64,000 nt of DNA from an uncultured bacterium (GTDB taxonomy: Bacteria; Zixibacteria; MSB-5A5; UBA10806): contig CBEUCH010000003.1 in NCBI GenBank assembly GCA_965541585.1, positions 64,001 through 128,000 on the forward strand. Direction: 5' to 3'. The notes below the pieces were generated by a model, which was not told the origin of the DNA, ran no database searches, and saw only the letters and a list, made by a program, of their open reading frames with translations. Numbering within the stretch: the first letter of the stretch is position 1; the number at the start of each line of letters is the position of its first letter. Below are positions 1 through 8,770 of this stretch, piece by piece. A program made the position numbers and the translations under genes.

Positions 1-960
1 GGTGGGGCGGGCTTTATCGGTTCAGCAATTATAGTACGGCTGGTCGATAATAATAAAATTACCGTCTACGATAATTTCCGTCGCAACAGCCTGGATGGTC
101 GCAGGCTCGAGAATCATCCAAACCTCAAAATCGTCAAAGGCGATATACTGGATTTTGATGATATCCAACGGCATATAGCGGGATCGGAAATTGTCATTCA
201 TTTGGCGGCCATAGCCGGAATAGATACTGTCATAAAATCGCCCATAGCCACCATGCATGTTAACATGCTGGGCACTTCCAATATGCTGAGAGCGGCTTCC
301 GAAGTCACGTCTTTAGAGCGTTTCATCGACTTTTCCACGTCGGAAGTTTTCGGATCTTATGCCTTCCGCTCAGAGGAGGGCGACAGTACTTCTCTGGGGG
401 CGGTGGGGAATGCCCGCTGGACCTATGCCGTCTCGAAACTGGCCGGCGAGCATCTTACTTATAGCTATTATAAAGAAAAAAGTCTCCCGGCATTGACCGT
501 CAGGCCGTTCAATATCTATGGCCCCGGCCAGGTCGGTGAAGGAGCGATCCACCATTTTGTCACCAAGGCTCTCAAGGGCGAGGATTTAGTTATTCGCGGC
601 AACGGCGATCAGATCCGTTCCTGGTGTTATATCGATGATATTATCGACAGCCTGGTGATGGCTCTGGAAAACGAGAATGCAGTGGGAGAGAGCTTTAACA
701 TCGGAAATCCCCGGGGGACAGTCACCATCTATGGACTGGCCCTGGCGATCATTCGTGTAACTTATTCCAAATCCAGAATAGTATTCGTACCCAGGGATCT
801 GGTTGATGTGGAGTTGCGGATTCCTAATATAGATAAAGCAAAATCGATCCTGGGATTCCAGCCGAAAATCGATCTGGAGGAAGGCCTAAAGAAAACGGCG
901 GATTGGTATTATGACAGAATCTATGCAGATACCGCTTGTCAGGTTGAACCTGTCGCCTGA
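1..960 (+). CDS. NAD-dependent epimerase/dehydratase (SDR family), 5' truncated by the window
   Basis: Frame 1 is open from base 1 and reads GGAGFIGS (Rossmann motif), HLAAIAG, FSTSEVFG, YAVSK (YxxxK), RPFNIYGPG and GDQIRSWCYIDD. The ORF-track start at 202 is internal. Confidence 0.9.
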   Translation, partial: GGAGFIGSAIIVRLVDNNKITVYDNFRRNSLDGRRLENHPNLKIVKGDILDFDDIQRHIAGSEIVIHLAAIAGIDTVIKSPIATMHVNMLGTSNMLRAASEVTSLERFIDFSTSEVFGSYAFRSEEGDSTSLGAVGNARWTYAVSKLAGEHLTYSYYKEKSLPALTVRPFNIYGPGQVGEGAIHHFVTKALKGEDLVIRGNGDQIRSWCYIDDIIDSLVMALENENAVGESFNIGNPRGTVTIYGLALAIIRVTYSKSRIVFVPRDLVDVELRIPNIDKAKSILGFQPKIDLEEGLKKTADWYYDRIYADTACQVEPVA

Positions 961-2098
961 TGACATAACATCGACAGTCGATATCCTGAAATCCGGACAA
1001 TTGGTCAGCGGGCCGGTGGTAGAGTCTTTCGAGCGTCAGCTGGCCGGCTATCTAAAAACCCGATATGCCGTTTGTGTCTCGTCGGGCACTGCCGCGTTGC
1101 ATCTGGGACTCCTGGCCCTCGGCATCGGTCGCGGCGATGAGGTAATTGTCCCGGCGTTTAGCTACCCCGCCTCCGCCAACGCGGTTGAATTAACCGGAGC
1201 GCGTGTCACTTTTGTCGATTCTCAATTCGATTCTTTTAATATCGATACCGCTAAGATCGAGAATAGCATCACGGCTCGCACCCGCGCTATAATGGTGGTT
1301 CATAATTTTGGCTGCCCGGTCGATATCACCAGAGTTCACTCGCTTTCTGCAAAATATGACCTTCCGATATTCGAGGACGCCGCCTGCGCTCTGGGTTCGA
1401 GTATAAGGGAAACGCGATGCGGGAGCCTCGGAAGGCTGGCAGCCTTCAGTTTTCATCCCAGAAAAATCATTACCACCGGCGAGGGTGGAGTGGTGGTTAC
1501 TGATGATCCTGCAATAGCTAAAACAATCAGGGAACTTCGCAACCAGGGTCAAGCATTTGGAAATCATGTCGATTTCGTCGCCGCCGGTTATAATTACCGC
1601 ATGACTGATTTTCAGGCGGCGCTCGGCGTATCCCAGATGAAACGATTGAAGACCATTATCCGCGCCCGCAGGCGGATTGCAGAATATTACAACCAGGCTA
1701 TCGCCGATATTGATTATCTGCGAGTGCCGCTCCACGACGGCAGCCGAAAGCTGAATTATCAAACCTATACGGTCTCCGTCGAGAATGGCCGGCGCGATGC
1801 ACTTATCGATCATCTGAAGAATGAAGGAATAGAGGCGGGTATCGGAACCCATTCTATTCCGCATACCGCATATTATTCTGAGGGCTACAATGTCGACGAA
1901 TCGCATTATCCGAATTCTCTGCGCTTCCATCGGAATCTAATCAGTTTGCCGTTGTTCGAGGACATATCAACTCAGGAACAGGATCTGGTGATCTCGGCTC
2001 TCAAAGCCTTCGCTCCCGAAAAAGATCCTGGGCTTGTTATGGAGCAAACGACTAAAGATGCAGCAGTGGAGATGGGCGCTGGAAATCAGCAATTATGA
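911..2098 (+). CDS. DegT/DnrJ/EryC1/StrS family PLP-dependent sugar aminotransferase
   Basis: Motifs VSSGTAALHL, GDEVIVP, EDAACALG, FSFHPRKIITTGEGG, GYNYRMTD. An alternative start is ATG 923. Confidence 0.93.
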   Translation: MTESMQIPLVRLNLSPDDITSTVDILKSGQLVSGPVVESFERQLAGYLKTRYAVCVSSGTAALHLGLLALGIGRGDEVIVPAFSYPASANAVELTGARVTFVDSQFDSFNIDTAKIENSITARTRAIMVVHNFGCPVDITRVHSLSAKYDLPIFEDAACALGSSIRETRCGSLGRLAAFSFHPRKIITTGEGGVVVTDDPAIAKTIRELRNQGQAFGNHVDFVAAGYNYRMTDFQAALGVSQMKRLKTIIRARRRIAEYYNQAIADIDYLRVPLHDGSRKLNYQTYTVSVENGRRDALIDHLKNEGIEAGIGTHSIPHTAYYSEGYNVDESHYPNSLRFHRNLISLPLFEDISTQEQDLVISALKAFAPEKDPGLVMEQTTKDAAVEMGAGNQQL

Positions 2099-2649
2099 AT
2101 GATATGTTGACTCAAAAGATCGATGCCAAATCCTGGGACAGCCATGGCAGCGGTGATGACCGCAATTTCAAATCCGTAGGTTACGGCGTTGTCATAGAAC
2201 CGGGAGCGAGGATCTTTCTGGCTAGATTTATTGAATTGGGAGACGACGTCTACATCGGGCATGACGCTATCCTCAAAGGATATTTCGAGCGTCGCTTCGT
2301 GATAGGGGCTGGCTCCTGGATCGGGCCGCAATGTTTTATGTATGCTTCATGCGATATCGAGATCGGTGCTCATGTGGGAATCGGACCTAAAGTCTCTATT
2401 ATTACGTCCCGGCATGATACCAGCGATATATCGATGCCTATTCTGCATGCTCCATTGAAACATGCTTCCGTGGTGATAGGTGAGGGGGCTGATATTGGCT
2501 GTTCAACGGTGATTTTGCCGGGGGTAACGATCGGCCGGGGCGCTCAAATCGGGGCCGGGTCCGTCGTCACCCGTGATATACCCGAATTCACCATAGCGGC
2601 GGGAATCCCCGCCAAAGTTATTAGAGAAAGAGCATTAGATGGCCGCTGA
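2095..2649 (+). CDS. Hexapeptide-repeat (left-handed beta helix) acyltransferase
   Basis: Repeated IG-x4 hexapeptides and the C-terminal motif ILPGVTIGRGAQIGAGSVVTRDIP..AGIPAKVIR. Confidence 0.9.
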   Translation: MNDMLTQKIDAKSWDSHGSGDDRNFKSVGYGVVIEPGARIFLARFIELGDDVYIGHDAILKGYFERRFVIGAGSWIGPQCFMYASCDIEIGAHVGIGPKVSIITSRHDTSDISMPILHAPLKHASVVIGEGADIGCSTVILPGVTIGRGAQIGAGSVVTRDIPEFTIAAGIPAKVIRERALDGR

Positions 2650-3226
2650 TATAGCAAAAAAAACATTTGACGACGGTTCGGCCTGCTCGGAATCGGCGGC
2701 GGATCAGCGGGAGCTGATGGCTCTGGCCAGAAACGCCTTCAGCGATGGCGACTTCACCGGAGCCGCTGAATGTTGCCGCAAAGCGAGTGAAGATGAACGA
2801 CTGACTGATGACAGGGAGCTGGCCAGCGAGATCTTCTACCTCTGGTGCCTGTCCAATCTGAAAACAGGTAAACTCGATGAGACTCTTAAGGTCTGTTCCG
2901 AGGCCAGACGAAAGCTCGGGGAGTATCTCGATTTAGCCTATTTCGAATTGATAGTCGGTATTATGAAAGGCGAACCTGAAAGCGTCCTTTCCTCGGCGCA
3001 GAGCTATCTAGAATCATGGAATAACGAGAAAGAAAATAGCGATCCGTGGAAATCACGGACTCGCGACAGGCTGGGCGAAGTTTTATTGATGATGGGGCAG
3101 ACGTTGGAGCAAATACACTCGAAGGCGGAAGCGATAGAGATATACAAGAAGTATCTGGCTTTGTTCCCGGAGGATAAGGCCATTGAGGATCGCCTCGCAC
3201 AAATGTCGGTTGCCGCTAATACCTAA
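2639..3226 (+). CDS. Small TPR-like protein
   Basis: Helical repeats (EAIEIYKKYLALFPED). It resembles the N-terminal part of the next gene (EARRKLGEYLDLAYF vs EARSASGDYLDLHFL). Confidence 0.7.
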   Translation: MAADIAKKTFDDGSACSESAADQRELMALARNAFSDGDFTGAAECCRKASEDERLTDDRELASEIFYLWCLSNLKTGKLDETLKVCSEARRKLGEYLDLAYFELIVGIMKGEPESVLSSAQSYLESWNNEKENSDPWKSRTRDRLGEVLLMMGQTLEQIHSKAEAIEIYKKYLALFPEDKAIEDRLAQMSVAANT

Positions 3227-3248
3227 ACAGTTTGACAACGGGTTTATT

Positions 3249-6053
3249 ATGTCAAGAAGCAAAAAGATAGATAGCGAAAATTCATTCTCCGTCAAGTTCG
3301 ACGATCTTTCCAGGTTGGCGGAAAGAACGGGAACCGAAGTTCAAGAATCTGCTGAGTATTTTGAAAAGGTGCTTCAGGAGGCGAAATCCAAAAATGATAA
3401 CGAGAGCATGGCGCTGGCCTATTTTGGCGCGATTATGAGTCACATGAATCAGGCTGAATATGAAAGGGCCATCGAGCTTATCCAGGAAGCTCGCAGCGCA
3501 TCCGGTGACTATCTCGATCTGCATTTTCTGGCACTGGCAATCTATAACCGCTGTTCGGAGTTTAAAAAAGCTCTCGATGCCGGACGTATGTATCTGAAGT
3601 TACGTGAGAATACCGATCCAGACCAGCAGTCTCACCTTTCGCAATCGTATAATCTCTTAAGCGATGCACTCTGGTTGGCCTCGGAGGCGGCTCGTCGAAC
3701 AGCGAACTTCAAAGAATCGATTGATTACCAGAAACAATCAATCGATATAAATCCTCAAAATCACTTTCGGCGAATTGTCTACGCCTCAAATCTCGGTAAA
3801 GAGGGTGACGTCGATGAGGCCATGGCCGTTCTCGATGACGGTTTGAGACTCTTTCCCGGCGAGATGGCTTTTGAAAATGCCAAGGCGCTGGTATTCGGAG
3901 ATGCTGACAAATTCGATAGAGCCTCGGAGATTCTCGATAATATCCTGAAAAACAATCCTCGGGATGTCGATGCCGTCATAAACTATGGCGTCATCTCTGA
4001 GAAGAAAGGCGATTATTCCACCGCTGAAGATTATTTCAGAAAAGCTCTTTCTATAGATCCCGCCCACGATGTTGCTGCATCGAACCTCAAGCGTCTAAAA
4101 GAAACCATCGAGGATAAACGCCAGACGATCTCTCTCTGCATGATTTTGAAAAACGAAGAGCACTTTCTTCCCGGCTGCCTCAGGACCGTTCAGGGCCTGG
4201 TGGACGAAATCATAGTGGTCGATACCGGCTCCACCGACAGAACCATGGAGATCGCCCGGGAATACGGAGCCAGAATATATGAACATCCATGGCAGAACGA
4301 TTTCTCGTTCCATCGCAACCAGTCAATTGAGTATGCCGGCGGCGACTGGATTCTAATTCTGGACGCTGACGAGGAACTCGATCCCTCCGAACACAATATG
4401 ATTAAAAGCGTCATCAGGCGAAAAGATATCGATGCCGTTACATTCGTCGTATACAATAAAATTCAGGCCGGGAGAACCGGTTTTCTCAACTCTCACAGGC
4501 TCTTTAGGAATAAAAAGGAATACCGCTATTCAGGCATCGTGCACAATCAGCTCCTGATGGACGGTATCACGCTGACCAGCCAGCTCAAAGTGATTCATCA
4601 CGGTTACGGGCTTTCAGAAGACGAAATGCAAGCGAAGGGGAGAAGGACCGAAGCCCTGATAAAAAAGCAACTGGAGGAGAATCCGGACAACGCCTTTGCT
4701 CATTTCAACCTGGCTCAGATATATCGAGGTCTGGCCGAACCTGAATTGAGTTTGAAACACGCTACAAGGGTAATTGAGATTCTAAGCCCTGAAAATGTCG
4801 ATCGCCGACACGTTTATGTGATGGCCCTCGATCAAATTGGCTGTGCTTATGTTGGACTAAAGGACAATGCAAAGGCCAGGGAACACTTCTACAAAGCCCT
4901 GGAGATCAAAGAAGACTATCTGGATCCGCTGTTCAATCTCGGCTACGTTTACTCGAAGGAGAACGATTACGACAAGGCCGATGAGCTATTTCATCGATTC
5001 CTGGAGGTTCGTGCTAATTTCTCAGAACATCGGGAATGGATAGGTCTGATCCTCAACAACCTAAATAGCCAGTTCGCCGTTTATTACGGACTGGGTCTCT
5101 CTCAATATTTCCGCAACAATATCGATGGGGCGTTGGAATATTTTCATAAAGTGATCGATGAGGTCGGCGATTTCGAATACACCCATCATCTGCTGGCCCG
5201 TTGTTATCGTCACAAAAAGGAATTCGAAAAGATCGTATATCATTGCGAGAAAGCTATAGGATATGATCATAAGGATGCAGAGATATATATTCTCCTCGGT
5301 GAAGCCCACCTCAATCTCAGGGATTCCGGGAAAGCGTCCGAATGCTTCGAGAAATCTCTCGTCTTCGAGGATGCCCGGGACGCCTCGCTCCTTGGCGCGG
5401 CGGGCGCTGCTTCCCTGGAGGGAAATTATGAAAAAGCCATGGAGTTGATCAATAAGGCCCTGGAAACCGCCCCCCATTCTCCTCAGGTATTGGCGGCCAG
5501 GGGTGATCTGCTATACTCCTCCAGAAGCTTTTCATCCGCCGCCCAAACATATAGAGATCAATCCCAATCCAATCCGGACGATCCGGCCCCCTGGAACAAT
5601 CTGGGCAATTGCTTTTTCAAACAGCACAATTACGCCTCCGCCGAGGAGTACTATCGCCGTTCCCTGGCTGTCTCGCCGGGATTCGCCATGGGATATCGAA
5701 ATCTGGCCGTATGTCTGCTGAAACTGAATAAGCCTGAAGAATCAACCGCATATTTGGAGAAATATCTTGAGGCTATCCCGAATGATGCTGATGCGCATGC
5801 CACGCTGGGGGATATATATTACAGCGCCAGAGACTACTGGAAAGCAATCTCACAGTATGAGTTGTTCATCTGCAAAAGGCCCGATCAATATAACGCTATT
5901 CTCAGGCTTGCCGACTGCTATTTCAACTTGGGTAAGCTCGATGCAGCGGAAGCGGGCTATAGAGTCGTTCTTCGGAAAGACCCTGAGAATCCAGTTGCAA
6001 GCAGGCGCCTTAACGAAATCGAGAGATTTACGGATTCCGTTGTGATTCAATAA
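3249..6053 (+). CDS. TPR-flanked GT2 glycosyltransferase, probable flagellin glycosyltransferase
   Basis: Central GT2 domain ISLCMILKNEE..VDTGSTD..WQNDFS..RN..WILILDADE..HHGY with many TPRs on both sides. It lies directly upstream of flagellin. ATG 3249 is preferred over the ORF-track start 3183, which overlaps the upstream gene. Confidence 0.88.
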   Translation: MSRSKKIDSENSFSVKFDDLSRLAERTGTEVQESAEYFEKVLQEAKSKNDNESMALAYFGAIMSHMNQAEYERAIELIQEARSASGDYLDLHFLALAIYNRCSEFKKALDAGRMYLKLRENTDPDQQSHLSQSYNLLSDALWLASEAARRTANFKESIDYQKQSIDINPQNHFRRIVYASNLGKEGDVDEAMAVLDDGLRLFPGEMAFENAKALVFGDADKFDRASEILDNILKNNPRDVDAVINYGVISEKKGDYSTAEDYFRKALSIDPAHDVAASNLKRLKETIEDKRQTISLCMILKNEEHFLPGCLRTVQGLVDEIIVVDTGSTDRTMEIAREYGARIYEHPWQNDFSFHRNQSIEYAGGDWILILDADEELDPSEHNMIKSVIRRKDIDAVTFVVYNKIQAGRTGFLNSHRLFRNKKEYRYSGIVHNQLLMDGITLTSQLKVIHHGYGLSEDEMQAKGRRTEALIKKQLEENPDNAFAHFNLAQIYRGLAEPELSLKHATRVIEILSPENVDRRHVYVMALDQIGCAYVGLKDNAKAREHFYKALEIKEDYLDPLFNLGYVYSKENDYDKADELFHRFLEVRANFSEHREWIGLILNNLNSQFAVYYGLGLSQYFRNNIDGALEYFHKVIDEVGDFEYTHHLLARCYRHKKEFEKIVYHCEKAIGYDHKDAEIYILLGEAHLNLRDSGKASECFEKSLVFEDARDASLLGAAGAASLEGNYEKAMELINKALETAPHSPQVLAARGDLLYSSRSFSSAAQTYRDQSQSNPDDPAPWNNLGNCFFKQHNYASAEEYYRRSLAVSPGFAMGYRNLAVCLLKLNKPEESTAYLEKYLEAIPNDADAHATLGDIYYSARDYWKAISQYELFICKRPDQYNAILRLADCYFNLGKLDAAEAGYRVVLRKDPENPVASRRLNEIERFTDSVVIQ

Positions 6054-6086
6054 GTTAGGCGTCCCCCAAAAAAATAACCCATAGAC

Positions 6087-6114
6087 TAAAGCCACCCCGA
6101 ATTGGTGTCGAATA
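6087..6114 (+). promoter_or_regulatory. sigma28 (FliA)-like promoter of flagellin
   Basis: TAAA (6087-6090)-N16-GTCGAATA (6107-6114), compared with consensus TAAA-N15/16-GCCGATAA. Confidence 0.6.
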
Positions 6115-6189
6115 TATAGCAGAGAAAATAAATACTGTGGTCTCTAATCTATAAATCTAACAGCAAGGAGGAGGAAAACCAAAAACTAA

Positions 6190-6249
6190 TTAATTCAGGA
6201 AGAATTAAAAGCTAACAAGGGAAAGTTAGCGAGCATTCCAAGGAGGAAT
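6190..6249 (+). promoter_or_regulatory. Three GGA-loop hairpins in the flagellin leader (CsrA-type binding sites)
   Basis: TTAATTC-AGGAA-GAATTAA, GCTAAC-AAGGGAAA-GTTAGC and ATTCC-AAGGA-GGAAT. The last overlaps the Shine-Dalgarno sequence. Confidence 0.7.
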
Positions 6250-6252
6250 TAA

Positions 6253-8508
6253 ATGGCTTTAAGAATTAACCACAACATCACAGCATTGGACGCCTGGCGG
6301 AACCTGACGGTTACCAGCCGGAGGATGGCCTCGTCAATGGAGAAGCTGTCCTCAGGTTTCCGTATCAACAAGGCTGCCGATGATCCAGCCGGATTGGTGA
6401 TTTCCGAACAGTTCCGCGCCCAGATCGCCGGGTTGAACCGAGCGGTACAGAACTCAGAGGCATCGATCAACATGATCCAGACTGCTGAGGGCGCACTCAA
6501 CGAGATCAACAACCTGCTGATCGGCATGAGAGAGCTGGCGATCCACGCCGCTAACGAAGGTGTCAACGATGAGAACCAGTTGGCTGCCGACCAGGCAGAA
6601 ATCACTAACGCGATCCGCACCATCGACAGGATCGCCGCCAACACCCAGTTCGGAACCAAGAAGCTGCTCGATGGCTCGGCTGCAAACATAGCCGCCATCA
6701 CCACCGCCAACGTCTCCGGAGTGTTTATCTCTGAGTCGGGTCTTTCCGACGGCACGCACAGTATTTCATCGGTGATGCTGACCGATTCCTCGGCAACACT
6801 TGACATCGAAAGCCTGGGTCTCAGCAATCCGACAGGTCCTTACAACCTGGCCGATGGCGTCCATAACCTCGACGTCATCCAGGCCTCGTCCGGCGCCGTC
6901 AAGGTCGGCAACGGAATCAGCGCCCTGGATGCCTGGGGCAACGCTATATCCGTCACCGGTACTGCCGCTGAGATTCGCGAGGCCTATGTCAGGTCAACTA
7001 CCAACTTCACTACTCTGGCCGATAATAATCAGTACACTATCACCTTCCAGCTCAACTTCCAGGAAGCCGGCGTCAACGCTGTTGGTATGCAGACGCTTTC
7101 CATCAGAACCGACGCTGTCGCCTCCGGTGATCTGGCCACAAACGTTGTAACCAAGCTGAACGACGCCATCAACTCCAACACCTATCTGGCCGGTAAATTG
7201 CAAGCCACGGTTACCGCCGGCGCTCCCGATGCAATCCGGCTCAGAACGACCGGTACGGGCACGAATTACTCTCTGGCAGTTGGTACCATTACGTCCACCA
7301 ATGCTACGGTTACGTCCGGTCTATCAAGCCTGGAAAACAATAACGACCGCGGACGTTCCAACAACCAGTTATCGATTACGGCGCAGTTCGCTTCCAGCTC
7401 CACTTTAGTCGCCGCCTACGCTAAGACCGCGACATTCAACATCGGAAGCGGCTCGTTCTCCACGCTTTCAGCATTGGCCGCCACCATATCGGCCAAAATG
7501 GCCCTGGCAGCCAACTTTGGTACCTTCAACGATGTAGCCGTGGGTTCTACGAATAAAGTCTATGCCACGGTGATGACTCAGGGTGGCCAGAGCAAGCTGA
7601 AATTCGTCACCATGGATGAGGGCTCGAAATTCTCGTTGAAGCTCAACATAACCGGCACCGGCACCTCAACCGCCCTTTACAACGCGTTGGGTGTGACTGT
7701 TGACCAGGTTGCCAATACAGGCCTGGATGCCATTGTCCGGTTCGATGGTTACAACAACAGTATAAACGACGTCCGCTACTTCTACACCGCCGCCTCCTAT
7801 ACCAACGAGAACCAGACGCTCTACACCAGCGCCAGTGTCGATACGCGCGGCTCCGTAACGATGACCGTAGCTCCTGCCCAGACTAACGGCGGGGTTAATA
7901 TCGGGAACATGCTCCTTTCGGTGAAAGCCCGCACTTATTCTGTCAGGCTGGATGGCGGTTCGGCAGAAATCGTCACCGGAGGTAAAGATGCAACCGTCTT
8001 TAACGCCCAGAGAGATGAGTGGTTGAAGCTCCGCTACTCTCTGAAATCCGACGGCGGAACCGAGCAATTGTTCGTCACCGATAGAAGCCTGGTCTTCCAG
8101 ATCGGCGCCAACGTCGGCCAGACTGCGAAGATAGCCATCGATAACCTGTCGGCTACCTACATCAGCCGCGATCTCCCTGGCAACATGTTCGGCAACCTCT
8201 CGGAGATCGATGTCACCACTTCTGATGGAGCTCAGCATTCCCAGTCGGTTATCGATGCGGCCATCGATCAGGTCACTAATATCCGGGGTAACCTGGGATC
8301 GTTCCAGAAGAACACTCTGGAGTCGAACCTGACCAACCTCCGGATCGCGGCACAGAACCTGACCGCCGCCGAATCTTCAATCCGCGACACCGATATGGCC
8401 AAAGAGATGTCCGAATTCGTCAAGCAGCAGATACTGATGCAGGCCGGCATTGCCATGCTGGCTCAGGGCAACCAACTTCCGCAGGTAGTTCTCTCGCTAT
8501 TCGGTTAA
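6253..8508 (+). CDS. fliC: Flagellin, 751 aa, with a large central variable region
   Basis: N-terminus MALRINHNI..EKLSSGFRINKAADDPAGL..IQTAEGALNE. C-terminus FQIGAN..RGNLGSFQ..NLTAAESSIRDTDMAKEM..QQILMQAG..QGNQLPQVVLSL. Confidence 0.98.
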   Translation: MALRINHNITALDAWRNLTVTSRRMASSMEKLSSGFRINKAADDPAGLVISEQFRAQIAGLNRAVQNSEASINMIQTAEGALNEINNLLIGMRELAIHAANEGVNDENQLAADQAEITNAIRTIDRIAANTQFGTKKLLDGSAANIAAITTANVSGVFISESGLSDGTHSISSVMLTDSSATLDIESLGLSNPTGPYNLADGVHNLDVIQASSGAVKVGNGISALDAWGNAISVTGTAAEIREAYVRSTTNFTTLADNNQYTITFQLNFQEAGVNAVGMQTLSIRTDAVASGDLATNVVTKLNDAINSNTYLAGKLQATVTAGAPDAIRLRTTGTGTNYSLAVGTITSTNATVTSGLSSLENNNDRGRSNNQLSITAQFASSSTLVAAYAKTATFNIGSGSFSTLSALAATISAKMALAANFGTFNDVAVGSTNKVYATVMTQGGQSKLKFVTMDEGSKFSLKLNITGTGTSTALYNALGVTVDQVANTGLDAIVRFDGYNNSINDVRYFYTAASYTNENQTLYTSASVDTRGSVTMTVAPAQTNGGVNIGNMLLSVKARTYSVRLDGGSAEIVTGGKDATVFNAQRDEWLKLRYSLKSDGGTEQLFVTDRSLVFQIGANVGQTAKIAIDNLSATYISRDLPGNMFGNLSEIDVTTSDGAQHSQSVIDAAIDQVTNIRGNLGSFQKNTLESNLTNLRIAAQNLTAAESSIRDTDMAKEMSEFVKQQILMQAGIAMLAQGNQLPQVVLSLFG

Positions 8509-8527
8509 TGGACAAATTCCGTATTCT

Positions 8528-8557
8528 AAGGGGGGTGGGGCTTTCCATCCCCCTTTT
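8528..8557 (+). terminator. Intrinsic terminator after fliC
   Basis: AAGGGGGGTGG-GGCTTT-CCATCCCCCTT stem running into a T tract. Confidence 0.75.
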
Positions 8558-8645
8558 CATTTATCAGAAACCTCTGCCAGCCCATTAAATGCATTGCCCT
8601 GGGGCTAATAGAATCGAAAAGGCCGATTTCGGGCATTTTATATCC

Positions 8646-8672
8646 TAATTAGATTTGCATTCAATCCGATAA
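8646..8672 (+). promoter_or_regulatory. sigma28-like promoter of fliD
   Basis: TAAT-N15-TCCGATAA upstream of fliD. Confidence 0.55.
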
Positions 8673-8770
8673 TATTAGTGAGGTAAGGTGTGGCTTAATC
8701 GCCGCATTGGAACCGTTAGGTTTACCCTCGACGATGGCAGGATTTCCGTATACATTAGGAGGCTATTGAA

